Shown piece by piece: positions 17,981 to 27,684 of a DNA stretch of 64,000 nt (position 1 is its first letter; each line of letters opens with the position of its first letter). The notes under the pieces are model-generated. The model saw only the letters and a list, made by a program, of their open reading frames with translations, ran no database searches and had not been told where the DNA came from. A program made the position numbers and the translations under genes. The stretch covers positions 27,463-91,462 of the forward strand of contig JADCFA010000019.1 in NCBI GenBank assembly GCA_020249775.1, written 5' to 3'. The stretch is from Roseomonas sp. (GTDB taxonomy: Bacteria > Pseudomonadota > Alphaproteobacteria > Acetobacterales > Acetobacteraceae).

Positions 17981-19006
17981 GTGCGACCACCTAAGAAACG
18001 CTGCTGCCGTATTCACTACAAAGATAACTTTCATATCGATGTTCCCTGTTATCATCTCGATCCGACGCGTGACCATCGGAGTTTGGCCACATTAGACGGC
18101 TGGGAGAAGAGCGATCCGAAGGCACTCTATGTCTGGTTCCGCGATAGCTTCGAAGAAGCCGACCGGGCAAAAGTTAGGCGACAAATCAAATACTTAAAGG
18201 CATGGGCGGCGCTGAAATGGAAAACTGATGCGGGTCGGCCCTCTTCGGTCCTGCTAACCGTTCTTGGAGCCGAAGCTGCAAAGAGGGTTCCTCTTTCTCA
18301 GCCAGATGATGATTTACTAATTTCAATATTGAACGATATCCACCGCCGTATGGTTGCCAATCCAGTTATTTCGAATCCTACGAACAAGACCGAGAACCTA
18401 AACCGACTTGAACACGCGCAAAATCTAGAGTTCGTGGATCGGCTTTCCAAGTTTAAGGACGTCGCGGACCGGGCTCGTGAGGCTGCGGAAGAGAGCACGG
18501 CAGCAGTCGTTTGGGCCGAGGCGTTCGAACATTTTTTTCCGATGCCTGAGCTCGGAGAAAGCTCAATTTCCCTGCAAGCAATGAATAAGTCGGGCGCACT
18601 GGTCCCGATTACACTACCGGATATCCACGTCACCGCGGTCAACAAGGAAAATCCGCACCTTCGGTATGCGGGCACTAATTGCATTGGCCCCATCCCGAGA
18701 AACTGCACCCTTACCTTCACTATACCGGAAGCCTGGCGGCTTCCTCATGGCGCCACCGTGGAGTGGGTGGTACGTAACGGTGAGGGAGAAGCGGAGGCGG
18801 AAAATGACCTCGGTCACTCAAGTGGGATAGGTACAACTAAAACGGAGACATCTGCTTATAATGGGACGCATTTCATGGACGTTATCTTCAGAGTGAGTGG
18901 CGACATCATCGGTGCACGACGAGTTACCGTGACTGTTCGAGATGTGCCAATCCGGAAACGCAATCCTCCACAGCCGCAATATGTAAGGCTACGCGGGCGG
19001 CGATGA
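17981..19006 (+). CDS. C-terminal fragment of the CD-NTase (third catalytic Asp, helical lobe, AGS-C-like extension)
   Basis: This is the alternative description. Its GTG start has only a weak upstream purine run. The in-frame sense codons at 17945..17980 argue that it is a fragment and not an independent gene. Confidence 0.5.
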   Translation: MRPPKKRCCRIHYKDNFHIDVPCYHLDPTRDHRSLATLDGWEKSDPKALYVWFRDSFEEADRAKVRRQIKYLKAWAALKWKTDAGRPSSVLLTVLGAEAAKRVPLSQPDDDLLISILNDIHRRMVANPVISNPTNKTENLNRLEHAQNLEFVDRLSKFKDVADRAREAAEESTAAVVWAEAFEHFFPMPELGESSISLQAMNKSGALVPITLPDIHVTAVNKENPHLRYAGTNCIGPIPRNCTLTFTIPEAWRLPHGATVEWVVRNGEGEAEAENDLGHSSGIGTTKTETSAYNGTHFMDVIFRVSGDIIGARRVTVTVRDVPIRKRNPPQPQYVRLRGRR

Positions 19007-19051
19007 GCCTATTTCGACTGTCTCTCTTTGATCGCCTGTGTAGTCATAATC

Positions 19052-19513
19052 TCACCCCTCAGCCGCCTTATCCCGCGCCGCCGTCGCCAGCGCATCCGCG
19101 CGTTCATTCATGGGGTCGCCGGCATGGCCGCGCACCCAATGCCATTCAATCTCATGCGGCTTGGCCGCGGCCAGAATGGCCTGCCACAGATCAAGGTTCT
19201 TCACCGGCTCCTTCGCCGCATTGCGCCAATTGGCGCGCACCCAGCCATGGATCCAGCGGCTGATGCCGTTCCGCAGATATTCGCTATCGGTATGCAACGC
19301 CACGCGACAGGGTTTTTTCAGCGCCTCAAGCGCCTTGAGTGCCGCGGTCAATTCCATGCGGTTATTGGTGGTCTCGGCCTCACCGCCTGAGAGCTCTCGT
19401 TCATGCTCGCCAAAGCGCAGAATGGCGGCCCAGCCGCCGGGGCCGGGGTTGGGTTTGCAGCCGCCATCGGTCCAAATCTCGACCAAGGGGCGCGGGTCAG
19501 CGCTGCCAGTCAC
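19052..19513 (-). CDS. rnhA: ribonuclease HI
   Basis: It contains [27 protein letters not shown] and [14 protein letters not shown], and is 153 aa long. Confidence 0.95.
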   Translation of the reverse strand: MTGSADPRPLVEIWTDGGCKPNPGPGGWAAILRFGEHERELSGGEAETTNNRMELTAALKALEALKKPCRVALHTDSEYLRNGISRWIHGWVRANWRNAAKEPVKNLDLWQAILAAAKPHEIEWHWVRGHAGDPMNERADALATAARDKAAEG

Positions 19514-20490
19514 AGCCCAAAGGCCGCAAGCGTTTCGGCGCCGCTGAAGAACCGTAGCTTGCGCAAATATTCCACCGGGTCCTTCCGCGTCACCAGCGCG
19601 CCTTCGGGCGTGTGGGTCCAGTCATAAAGCCGCGTCAGCAGAAAGCGCAGCGCCGCACCGCGGCAGAGAACGGGCAGCGCGGCCAATTCAGCCTCATTCA
19701 ATGGGCGCATGGCGCGATAGGCGCCCAGCATGGCGCGCGCGCGGGTGACGTTGAAGGAATAATCCGCCTCAAAGCACCAGGCATTCAGGCAGACGGCGAT
19801 GTCATAGGCGAAAAGATCCGTGCAGGCGAAATAGAAATCAATCACGCCGGAAACACGCGGCTGGCCATCGGCGCCCGGCAGGAAAAACGCATTATCGGGG
19901 AAAAGATCGGCGTGGATTTGCCCAACCGGCAGGCCGCCTTCGGCCGGCCAGGCGGAAAGAATGCCCGCAAGAGCCGCATCAAGTTCCGCAATCAGGCCTG
20001 GCTGCACTTCATCTCCCCGCGCGCGGCAGCCATCCAGCAAGGGTGCCCAGCCCTTGGGGCCAAGCGCATTGGGCCGGCGCATCGCAAACCCCGCCCCGGC
20101 CAAATGCATTTCTGCCAAGGCCTTGCCGAGCGGCGCGCAATGTTCCGCCCGCACGCGGCGCGGCCAAACTCCCGGCAGAAAGGTGACAATCGCTGCCGGC
20201 CGCCCCGCCAATTCCCGCAGCGCCGCGCCATCGCGCCCATGCACCGGCGTGGGGCAGGCCATGCCGCGCGCGGCCAGATGTTCCATCAGGCCAAGGAAAT
20301 AGGGCAATTCCGCCGGGTCCACACGCTTTTCATACAGCGTCAGGATGAAATCGCCCGCTTCGGTTTTCAGCGCGTAGTTGGAATTCTCCACACCCTCCGC
20401 GATGCCACGAAACGCCAGCAATTCACCCAGCGCATAATCGGCCAGGAAGGCACGGAGCGCCTCATCCGAAACTTCGGTATAGACAGCCAT
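19510..20490 (-). CDS. thrB: homoserine kinase, protein-kinase-fold type
   Basis: It has the N-terminus [37 protein letters not shown] and the HADLFPDN catalytic loop. It overlaps rnhA. Confidence 0.88.
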   Translation of the reverse strand: MAVYTEVSDEALRAFLADYALGELLAFRGIAEGVENSNYALKTEAGDFILTLYEKRVDPAELPYFLGLMEHLAARGMACPTPVHGRDGAALRELAGRPAAIVTFLPGVWPRRVRAEHCAPLGKALAEMHLAGAGFAMRRPNALGPKGWAPLLDGCRARGDEVQPGLIAELDAALAGILSAWPAEGGLPVGQIHADLFPDNAFFLPGADGQPRVSGVIDFYFACTDLFAYDIAVCLNAWCFEADYSFNVTRARAMLGAYRAMRPLNEAELAALPVLCRGAALRFLLTRLYDWTHTPEGALVTRKDPVEYLRKLRFFSGAETLAAFGL

Positions 20491-21461
20491 TACTCGGCGG
20501 CGAGCCCGCGCGGCAGGCGGAAGGTGATTTGTTCTACGGCCACCACCACTTCTTCGATTTCCAGCGCATAGGCTTCACGAAGCCGGGCAAGTACTTCTTC
20601 CACCAGCACTTCGGGCGCGCTGGCGCCGGCGGTCACCCCCACGGTCTTGCAGCCCTGCACAAGGGAAAGATCAAGATCAGCGCCTCGCTGCACCATGACC
20701 GCGCGGCGTGCGCCGCTGCGCTCCGCCACTTCGCGCAGGCGTTGGCTGTTTGATGAATTAGGCGCACCCACCACCACCACCAGATCGGACCGCGCAGCAA
20801 TCGCCTTCACCGCCGCCTGACGATTGGTGGTGGCGTAGCAGATATCTTCCTTGGCGGGGCCACGAATATCGGGGAAGCGCTGTTGCAAGATGCCGATGAT
20901 TTCCGCCGTGTCATCCACTGAAAGCGTGGTTTGCGTGGTGAAGGCAAGCATTGCGCCCTCGGGCGGCATCACGCGCCGCGCATCATCCGCATCCTGCACC
21001 AGGGTCACGGCACCTTCGGGCAATTGGCCCATGGTGCCGATCACTTCCGGATGGCCGGCATGGCCAATCAGGAAAAGATGGCGGCCATGTTCATGATGGC
21101 GTTCGGCTTCGCGATGCACCTTGCTCACCAGCGGGCAGGTGGCATCAAGCGCGAACATCATGCGTTTGGCGGCCTCGGCCGGGACAGATTTCGGCACGCC
21201 ATGGGCGGAAAACACCACGGGCTGGCCATCATTCGGGATTTCACTCAGTTCCTCGACGAATATCGCGCCCTGCTTTTCCAGGCTTTCCACCACGAAGCGG
21301 TTATGGACAATCTCATGCCGCACATAGACCGGCGCGCCGTGGCGTTTCAGCGCTTCCTCCACAATCTTGATGGCGCGGTCCACGCCGGCGCAAAAGCCGC
21401 GCGGGCCGGCGAGCAGAAGGTGAAGGGGCGGCTTGGCAGAGGCCATGGGCGCGGGGTCCAT
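20490..21461 (-). CDS. ispH: 4-hydroxy-3-methylbut-2-enyl diphosphate reductase
   Basis: It contains [21 protein letters not shown] and SAHGV. The alternative start is the ATG at 21446. Confidence 0.93.
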   Translation of the reverse strand: MDPAPMASAKPPLHLLLAGPRGFCAGVDRAIKIVEEALKRHGAPVYVRHEIVHNRFVVESLEKQGAIFVEELSEIPNDGQPVVFSAHGVPKSVPAEAAKRMMFALDATCPLVSKVHREAERHHEHGRHLFLIGHAGHPEVIGTMGQLPEGAVTLVQDADDARRVMPPEGAMLAFTTQTTLSVDDTAEIIGILQQRFPDIRGPAKEDICYATTNRQAAVKAIAARSDLVVVVGAPNSSNSQRLREVAERSGARRAVMVQRGADLDLSLVQGCKTVGVTAGASAPEVLVEEVLARLREAYALEIEEVVVAVEQITFRLPRGLAAE

Positions 21462-21547
21462 CCAAGGGGGCCGGCCACGGGTTGCGGCGCGACGCGAAGA
21501 ATGGTCAGACTAGCCCGCAGCCCGTTCGGGTCAAAGGGGGTTCCAGC

Positions 21548-22069
21548 ATGCGGCGCTTCGGGGTTTTGGTTCTGGCGGGGCTGGTCGCGGCTTGTGGTTC
21601 GTCCAGCAAGGAGCAGGTGCTGGCACCTTGCCCGAGGGTGACCATCCTGGCCGATGGCGCGGATATCACCCGCTACCGGCCCGGCGCGCCGCCCGATTTG
21701 GCCGCGATGCTGGTGGATGGCCGGATCGCGGGGGTGGGTGTCACTTGCGATTACGTCCGGGGCGGCGGGGTGGAGGTAAAGGTCGCCGCCATCATGGATG
21801 TTGAACGCGGCCCCGCCACGCGCGGCAATCGGGCAGAGTTCCCCTGGTTCCTGGCGGTGACCAGCGGCGATGACAGCCAATTGGTCGAACGCAAGGAAGC
21901 GCTGCTGACCGTGAATTTTGAAGGCAATCAGACCCGCACGCGGGTGACCACGGCGCCGGAGAGCATCATCTTCCCGGCGGGGCGCAACCCGGCATTCTAC
22001 CGCGTGCGGATTTCCTTCGCCCTGAACGCCGAGGAGCTGGACCGCAACCGCCGCCGCGGGCCCCGTTAA
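21548..22069 (+). CDS. hypothetical lipoprotein
   Basis: MRRFGVLVLAGLVAACGSS is a signal peptide with a lipobox (LVAAC). Its function is unknown. Confidence 0.65.
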   Translation: MRRFGVLVLAGLVAACGSSSKEQVLAPCPRVTILADGADITRYRPGAPPDLAAMLVDGRIAGVGVTCDYVRGGGVEVKVAAIMDVERGPATRGNRAEFPWFLAVTSGDDSQLVERKEALLTVNFEGNQTRTRVTTAPESIIFPAGRNPAFYRVRISFALNAEELDRNRRRGPR

Positions 22070-22102
22070 CCCGTCTTTTTGCGTCCGATCGGGCCGGGGC
22101 AT

Positions 22103-22181
22103 CTTGTCTCGCCCGGCACGGTTACATACATGCCCTGCATGGCCGCGACCCCGTTGGGCGCGGCTCAATTCAACCCCATCC
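22103..22181 (+). promoter_or_regulatory. candidate RpoH (sigma-32) heat-shock promoter region upstream of dnaK
   Basis: There are two candidates. One is CTTG (22103) followed by 18 nt and CATACAT. The other is gTTG (22153) followed by 17 nt and CCCCATCC (22174). Neither has been verified. Confidence 0.3.
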
Positions 22182-22267
22182 GCGGTGGCGCTTCGCCATC
22201 GTATAGCACAGGGGGTCGCCGTGGTGCCATATCGGGCCGCCGCGATCCGCCGCAGAGGAGACTTCGG

Positions 22268-24190
22268 ATGAGTAAGGTCATTGGCATAGACCTCGGCACC
22301 ACCAATTCCTGCGTCGCGATTCTTGAAGGCAAGGATGTGCGCGTGATTGAAAACGCCGAAGGTGCGCGCACCACGCCTTCCATGATCGCGTTTGCGAAGA
22401 ATGGCGAAAGGCTGGTCGGGCAATCGGCGAAGCGCCAGGCGGTCACCAATCCCACGGGCACGCTTTACGCGGTGAAGCGCCTGATTGGGCGGCGCTTTGA
22501 TGACCCGATGGTGCAGAAGGATATCGGGCTTGCCCCCTTCAAGATCACCAAGGCGCCCAATGGCGACGCCTGGGTTGAGGTGGATGGCAAGACCTATGCG
22601 CCGCAGCAGATCAGCGCCATGGTGTTGACCAAGATGAAGGAAACCGCCGAGGCGCATCTCGGTGAGAAAGTTTCCCAGGCGGTCATTACCGTTCCGGCCT
22701 ATTTCAATGACGCCCAGCGCCAGGCGACCAAGGAAGCCGGCACGGTCGCCGGGCTTGAAGTGCTGCGCATCATCAATGAACCAACCGCCGCCGCGCTCGC
22801 CTATGGCATGGACCAGAAGAAGGGCGGCACAATCGCGGTCTATGACCTTGGTGGCGGCACCTTCGACGTTTCCATCCTGGAAATCGGCGATGGCGTGTTT
22901 GAAGTGAAATCCACCAATGGTGACACCTTCCTAGGTGGTGAGGATTTCGACCAGCGCATCATTGACTATCTGGCCGATGAATTCCGCAAGGAACAGGGCA
23001 TTGACCTGCGCGGCGACAAGCTTGCGCTGCAACGCCTGAAGGAAGCGGCAGAAAAGGCAAAGATCGAGCTTTCCTCTTCCAAGGAAACCGAAGTCAACCT
23101 GCCCTTCATCACCGCCGATGCCTCTGGCCCCAAGCATCTGGTGATGAAAGTCACGCGCTCAAAGCTGGAAGCCTTGGTGGATGATCTGATCAGCCGCACC
23201 TTGGAACCCTGCCGCCAGGCGCTGAAGGATGCCGGCCTTGCCGCCAATGAAGTGGATGAGGTGATCCTTGTCGGCGGCATGACACGCATGCCGAAGGTTG
23301 TGGAAGCGGTTCGCCAATTCTTCGGCAAGGAACCCGCGCGCAACGTCAACCCCGATGAGGTTGTCGCCATTGGCGCGGCCATTCAGGGCGGCGTGCTGAA
23401 GGGCGATGTCAAGGATGTGCTGCTGCTGGATGTGACGCCGCTCAGCCTTGGGATTGAAACCTTGGGTGGCGTCTTCACGCGGTTGATTGATCGCAACACG
23501 ACGATCCCGACGAAAAAAAGCCAGACTTTCTCCACTGCCGATGATAATCAAACCGCGGTCACCATCAAGGTCTATCAGGGCGAACGTGAAATGGCTGCCG
23601 ATAACAAGCAGCTTGGCACTTTCGACCTGACGGGCATTCCCCCTGCGCCGCGTGGCGTGCCGCAGGTGGAAGTGACCTTTGACATTGACGCGAACGGCAT
23701 TGTCAGCGTCAGCGCGAAGGACAAGGCAACCGGCAAGGAACAGCAAATCCGCATCCAGGCGAAGTCGGGTCTGTCTGACGCCGATATCGAACGCATGGTG
23801 AAGGATGCTGAAGCCAATGCGGAAGCCGACCGCAAGCGGCGCGAAGCGGTGGAAGCGCGCAACCAGCTTGATGCGCTGGTGCATTCCACCGACAGGACGC
23901 TGAAGGAAAGCGGGGAAAAGGTGCCGCCGGCTGAAAAGGTGGAGGTGGAATCGGCGCTCGCCGCTGCCCGCACCGCCATGGAAGGCCAGGACGCCGATGC
24001 AATCCGTGAGGCTTCTGAAAAGCTTTCCCAGGCCGCGATGAAAATGGGTGAGGCGCTTTACAAGGCCGAACAGGCCGCGCCGAAGCCCGAAGAACCAGCG
24101 GCCGGTGGCAGCGCGGGTGGTGCTTCCAAGGACAAGGTAGTGGATGCCGAGTTTGAGGAAGTGGACCCGAACAAGAAGAAGCCTTCCTGA
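22268..24190 (+). CDS. dnaK: molecular chaperone DnaK (Hsp70)
   Basis: It has the N-terminus [17 protein letters not shown] and the motifs [10 protein letters not shown] and [11 protein letters not shown]. The ATG at 22268 was chosen inside the longer ORF 22079..24190. Confidence 0.98.
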   Translation: MSKVIGIDLGTTNSCVAILEGKDVRVIENAEGARTTPSMIAFAKNGERLVGQSAKRQAVTNPTGTLYAVKRLIGRRFDDPMVQKDIGLAPFKITKAPNGDAWVEVDGKTYAPQQISAMVLTKMKETAEAHLGEKVSQAVITVPAYFNDAQRQATKEAGTVAGLEVLRIINEPTAAALAYGMDQKKGGTIAVYDLGGGTFDVSILEIGDGVFEVKSTNGDTFLGGEDFDQRIIDYLADEFRKEQGIDLRGDKLALQRLKEAAEKAKIELSSSKETEVNLPFITADASGPKHLVMKVTRSKLEALVDDLISRTLEPCRQALKDAGLAANEVDEVILVGGMTRMPKVVEAVRQFFGKEPARNVNPDEVVAIGAAIQGGVLKGDVKDVLLLDVTPLSLGIETLGGVFTRLIDRNTTIPTKKSQTFSTADDNQTAVTIKVYQGEREMAADNKQLGTFDLTGIPPAPRGVPQVEVTFDIDANGIVSVSAKDKATGKEQQIRIQAKSGLSDADIERMVKDAEANAEADRKRREAVEARNQLDALVHSTDRTLKESGEKVPPAEKVEVESALAAARTAMEGQDADAIREASEKLSQAAMKMGEALYKAEQAAPKPEEPAAGGSAGGASKDKVVDAEFEEVDPNKKKPS

Positions 24191-24227
24191 TCCCTTTCGG
24201 GGTGGTAGCTCCTTTGACCAAGTTTTT

Positions 24228-24253
24228 CCCCTGGTGCCTGCTGGCGCCAGGGG
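24228..24253 (+). promoter_or_regulatory. strong intercistronic stem-loop between dnaK and dnaJ
   Basis: An 11-bp stem joins cccctggtgcc and ggcgccagggg (one G-U pair) around the loop tgct. It is not followed by a clear T-tract. Confidence 0.4.
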
Positions 24254-24283
24254 GCGTCTTGTGTCGGAAACGGTAGCCCGATC

Positions 24284-25438
24284 ATGGCAAAACGCGATTA
24301 TTACGAGGTTCTCGGCGTCGCGCGCGATGCGGGCGAGGATGACCTCAAGAAATCCTATCGTAAGCTCGCGATGCAATGGCACCCTGATCGCAATCAGGGC
24401 AATACGGAAGCGGAAGCCAAATTCAAGGAATTGAATGAGGCTTACGATGTGCTGAAGGATGCCGAAAAGCGCGCGGCCTATGACCGCTTCGGCCATGCTG
24501 CCTTTGAACAGGGCGGGCCTGGTGGCGGTGGCGGCTTCGGCGGCGGCAGCCCCTTCGGTGGCGGCGGGTTCGAGGATATTTTTGAGGAAATGTTCGGTCG
24601 CTTCGGCGGCGGCGGGCGCGGGCAGCGCGCGGCTTCCGGGCGCGGTTCTGATTTGCGCACGCAGGTGGAGGTTTCCTTGCAAGAAGCCTTTGCCGGTGCG
24701 AAAAAAACCATCCGCTTCGCCACCAGCGTTTCCTGCGAAGCCTGTAAGGGCGTTGGTGCGGAAGGCGGTGCGGCATCTGGCGTGCAGAATTGCGGCACCT
24801 GCCAAGGCAGCGGCAAGGTTCGCGCGCAGCAGGGGTTTTTCCTGGTCGAGCGCACCTGCCCCACCTGTAGCGGCCAGGGCCGAACCATCAAGAACCCTTG
24901 CAAGATTTGCCGTGGTGCGGGGCGCGTGCAGCGCGAACGCAGCCTGAATGTCTCGGTCCCTGCCGGCGTTGATGATGGCACGCGCATTCGCCTGAGCGGC
25001 GAGGGTGAGGCCGGGCAGCGCGGCGCACCGGCGGGCGATCTTTACGTGGATATCGCAGTGCGGCCGCATCCGATTTTCCAGCGCGATGGCGCGAATATTC
25101 TGGTGCGCGTGCCGCTGCGTATGACTCAAGCGGCACTTGGCGGCCATGTGGAAGTGCCGAGCATTGATGGCGGGCGTTCAAAAGTGACGATCCCTGCCGG
25201 CACGCAAACCGGCGATCAATTCCGTCTGCGTGGCAAGGGGTTTTCCGTGCTGCGGTCCGCGGCGCGCGGCGATATGTATGTGCAGGTTGTGGTGGAAACG
25301 CCGCAGAACCTCTCACCCAAGCAGCGCGAATTGCTCGAACAATTCGAAGCCGAGGCAGAGAAGGGCGGGCGCACCAGCCCGGAAAGCGAAGGCTTCTTCG
25401 CCAAGGTCAAGGAATTCTGGGACGGGTTGGGGCGATAA
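24284..25438 (+). CDS. dnaJ: molecular chaperone DnaJ
   Basis: It has the J-domain [11 protein letters not shown], a G/F-rich region and four CxxCxGxG zinc-finger repeats. Confidence 0.97.
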   Translation: MAKRDYYEVLGVARDAGEDDLKKSYRKLAMQWHPDRNQGNTEAEAKFKELNEAYDVLKDAEKRAAYDRFGHAAFEQGGPGGGGGFGGGSPFGGGGFEDIFEEMFGRFGGGGRGQRAASGRGSDLRTQVEVSLQEAFAGAKKTIRFATSVSCEACKGVGAEGGAASGVQNCGTCQGSGKVRAQQGFFLVERTCPTCSGQGRTIKNPCKICRGAGRVQRERSLNVSVPAGVDDGTRIRLSGEGEAGQRGAPAGDLYVDIAVRPHPIFQRDGANILVRVPLRMTQAALGGHVEVPSIDGGRSKVTIPAGTQTGDQFRLRGKGFSVLRSAARGDMYVQVVVETPQNLSPKQRELLEQFEAEAEKGGRTSPESEGFFAKVKEFWDGLGR

Positions 25439-25444
25439 TTCTGC

Positions 25445-26641
25445 CTAAAACCCGCCGCGCCAGGAAAGCCGCGCCAGCACCGCATGGGTGGTGCCGAGCT
25501 GGCCGGACTCCTCGATCACTTGCCTTCCATATTGGTAGCCGACATCAAGCCCGAAGCCTCGGCCAATATCGCGCCCGATGGAAGCTTCCAGGTAGTTTTC
25601 CGTGGGCAGCGTATCCACGCTGCGCTTGCGCTGGTCACGCTGCCAGGCAAGCGTGCCGCGCCAATCATCAATGCGATGCTGCGCGCCCAAGGTGATGAAG
25701 TTGCGCTGTTCAGCGATGGTGGTTTCCTCACCATCATCGGTTTGAAAACGCGGGCGGCCATCGGCGTTGCGGAACTGCACTGCCTCGGCGAAGAACAGCG
25801 TGCGATGCGCCGCTGACCAGCGCTGTTCATAACGCAGCGCGGCGGAATAGCCCCATTCGCGCGCCGTGCCATCTTCCTTGGCCACGCCACGGGAAACCAG
25901 CGAAAGTTGATAGGAAAGCCCAGGTGCGAAATCGAATTTATCGCCATCGAGCGACAGGGCGAAGCTGTCCATCTGCCCGTTATTTGCAGGCCCGCCCTGT
26001 TGTTCCGTGTTGCGGTTGTAGCGTTCATAACGCTCATCACAGCAGCGCCGGCGCGTGAGCCAGGTTGAGGATAAAAAGGTCCGGTCAAGCGTGAATGCGG
26101 CGGCGGAAATATCGTGCTCGCCAAAGTGAGGGTCTGAGAGGAAATTCCAGGTGCCGCCGACACCCAGGGCATCGCCCACCATTTGCACTTCATGGGCGCG
26201 GATGCGGGTCAGTATGCCGGGGAAATCATGATGGCCGCGGCCAAAAGGGGCGACGAACCGCCCGCCATAAAGGGTCAGCACATCATCCGGTTTCCATTCG
26301 GCGAAAAACGCTTCCAGAAAGGCGGATTGGCGGCGAAAGCCGATCACGCCATCGGCGGGAAAGCCGCCCAAGGCATCGCCTTCGCCAATCGGTTCGAACA
26401 TGACTACCGTTTGCAGTGACAGACCCGGCGCGATGTGAAAGCCGGTGGCGACTTCCCCCCAAATATAGAGGCTTGTGCCGCGCCGGTCGGAATCCTTGGC
26501 ATTGACGGTGGATACGCCGTAGAGGCCCAGATCCGCCTCACCAGAGACATGCGGCGTAAAGCCCTGCGCCTGCGCGCCGGCGATGCCGTAAAAGCTTGCC
26601 ATGAAAGCCAAGGCGAATGCGCGAAAACTGCCAAGTGTCAC
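25445..26641 (-). CDS. putative outer-membrane beta-barrel protein
   Basis: It has the signal peptide ..FYGIAGAQAQG, alternating beta-strand-like composition and a C-terminal ..LSWRGGF (terminal Phe). It overlaps the stop of the upstream ZnuA-like gene. Confidence 0.6.
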   Translation of the reverse strand: MTLGSFRAFALAFMASFYGIAGAQAQGFTPHVSGEADLGLYGVSTVNAKDSDRRGTSLYIWGEVATGFHIAPGLSLQTVVMFEPIGEGDALGGFPADGVIGFRRQSAFLEAFFAEWKPDDVLTLYGGRFVAPFGRGHHDFPGILTRIRAHEVQMVGDALGVGGTWNFLSDPHFGEHDISAAAFTLDRTFLSSTWLTRRRCCDERYERYNRNTEQQGGPANNGQMDSFALSLDGDKFDFAPGLSYQLSLVSRGVAKEDGTAREWGYSAALRYEQRWSAAHRTLFFAEAVQFRNADGRPRFQTDDGEETTIAEQRNFITLGAQHRIDDWRGTLAWQRDQRKRSVDTLPTENYLEASIGRDIGRGFGLDVGYQYGRQVIEESGQLGTTHAVLARLSWRGGF

Positions 26642-27582
26642 GGCGCATCCCCCCGCATCGCCGGCACCATCAGGGAAAGATTGTGCCGGAACATCGCCTC
26701 ATAGGTTGGTGCCGGGCCGGTTTCAGCGGAAAGCGCATCGGCATAAAGACGGCCACGCACGCGCAAGCCGGTTTCCTGCGCTATGCGTTGCAGCGTGGCC
26801 GGGTTGGTCATGTTTTCCATGAACAGCGCGGTGATGTTTTCCGCCTTGATCTGGCGGATCAATCGCCCGACTTCGGCGGCTGAGGGTTCGGCCTCGGTGG
26901 AGACACCCTGGGGTGCGAGGAAGCGCACGCCATAGGCTTCGCCGAAATAGCCGAAGGCATCATGGCTGGTGACAATCTTGCGGCGCGCTGCGGGCACTTT
27001 GGCGATTTCGGCCCGCACCCATTGGTCAAGCGCGGCAAGCCGCGCGGCATAGGCTTCTGCATTGCGACGATACAACGCCTCTCCAGCCGGATCGGCAGCG
27101 ACCAGCCCACCAGTGATGTTGCGGATATAGTGCTGCGCCAGGCCCAGATCCTGCCAGCCATGCGGATCGGGCACCTGGCGCGGCCCGACTGAATGATTGT
27201 GCCGCCGCCCAGCGCCGCCATGATCATGCCCGTGATGATGCGCCTGCATCATGCGCGGCGTGATGCCATCGGTTGCGGTCACCAAGGCGCCCTTGAAGCC
27301 GGAAGACCGGATCATGCGATCAAGCCAGCCTTCAAAGCCTAGCCCATTTCGGATCACCACTGCTGCATTGGTCAACGCGGCGGCATCCGATGGCTTGGGC
27401 TGAAACCCATGCGCATCCTGATCCGGCCCGGCAATGGCGCGCAGCGCAATACGCTCCCCGCCGATCTGGCGCGTCATATCCGCAAGGATGGAAAAGGACG
27501 CGGTGACCGAAGGCCGCTGCTGGGCGTGGGCGGGGCGGATCAGCAAGAGGGCGGGGGAGAAAAGGATGGCGCGACGAAGCAT
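26638..27582 (-). CDS. znuA: zinc ABC-transporter substrate-binding protein (ZnuA/TroA family) with a His-rich loop
   Basis: It has the His-rich loop MMQAHHHGHDHGGAGRRHNHS and FSILADMTRQIGGERI..DAHGFQPKPSD. The ATG at 27582 (MLRRAILFSPALLL) is preferred because the ATG at 27627 lies inside the predicted operator. Confidence 0.8.
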   Translation of the reverse strand: MLRRAILFSPALLLIRPAHAQQRPSVTASFSILADMTRQIGGERIALRAIAGPDQDAHGFQPKPSDAAALTNAAVVIRNGLGFEGWLDRMIRSSGFKGALVTATDGITPRMMQAHHHGHDHGGAGRRHNHSVGPRQVPDPHGWQDLGLAQHYIRNITGGLVAADPAGEALYRRNAEAYAARLAALDQWVRAEIAKVPAARRKIVTSHDAFGYFGEAYGVRFLAPQGVSTEAEPSAAEVGRLIRQIKAENITALFMENMTNPATLQRIAQETGLRVRGRLYADALSAETGPAPTYEAMFRHNLSLMVPAMRGDAP

Positions 27583-27606
27583 AGGCGAGGGCCTTTGGGA
27601 TGAATA

Positions 27607-27631
27607 TGAAATGTTATAATGTAACATATTT
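27607..27631. promoter_or_regulatory. Zur-box-like AT-rich palindrome upstream of znuA
   Basis: The sequence tgaaATGTTAtaatgTAACATattt has ATGTTA-N5-TAACAT inverted arms. It stands out as AT-rich in a GC-rich intergenic region 25 nt upstream of the znuA start. Confidence 0.5.
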
Positions 27632-27684
27632 ACTGCCTGTCAAGCACCATGGCCCTACCCGGCGCAACAGTTTAGGCTACCCGC

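Larger units (their letters stand above)
17609..19006 (+). pseudogene. CD-NTase / SMODS-type nucleotide cyclase with an extra C-terminal domain, interrupted by one in-frame TAA at 17942..17944
   Basis: ORFs 17600..17944 and 17981..19006 are in the same frame. The read-through text is ..LVQDCL*RYANGRAEIKSVVRPPKKRCCRIHYKDNFHIDVPCY... The active-site elements are QGSYKFGT (GS), EFDIDLG (DxD, 17846..17854) and HIDVP (third Asp, 18038..18040). GAGG lies 8 nt upstream of the ATG at 17609. Confidence 0.75.
16287..19051 (+). other. low-GC horizontally acquired islet carrying the patatin + CD-NTase pair, with no mobility genes
   Basis: I hand-counted three 60-nt lines. Lines 17101 and 18301 are 24/60 G+C, against about 41/60 for line 19441 in rnhA. 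The islet is bounded by tRNA-Gly on the left and the conserved rnhA-thrB-ispH block on the right. Confidence 0.6.

Noticed and set aside
21347-22657. 436-aa ORF on the minus strand spanning the ispH upstream region, the lipoprotein gene and the dnaK start
   Set aside because: It overlaps three better-supported features on the opposite strand. Its translation is Arg/Pro/Gly-rich with no motifs.
23159-25147. 662-aa ORF on the minus strand
   Set aside because: It is antisense to dnaK and dnaJ and has no recognisable motifs. It is a GC-driven open frame.
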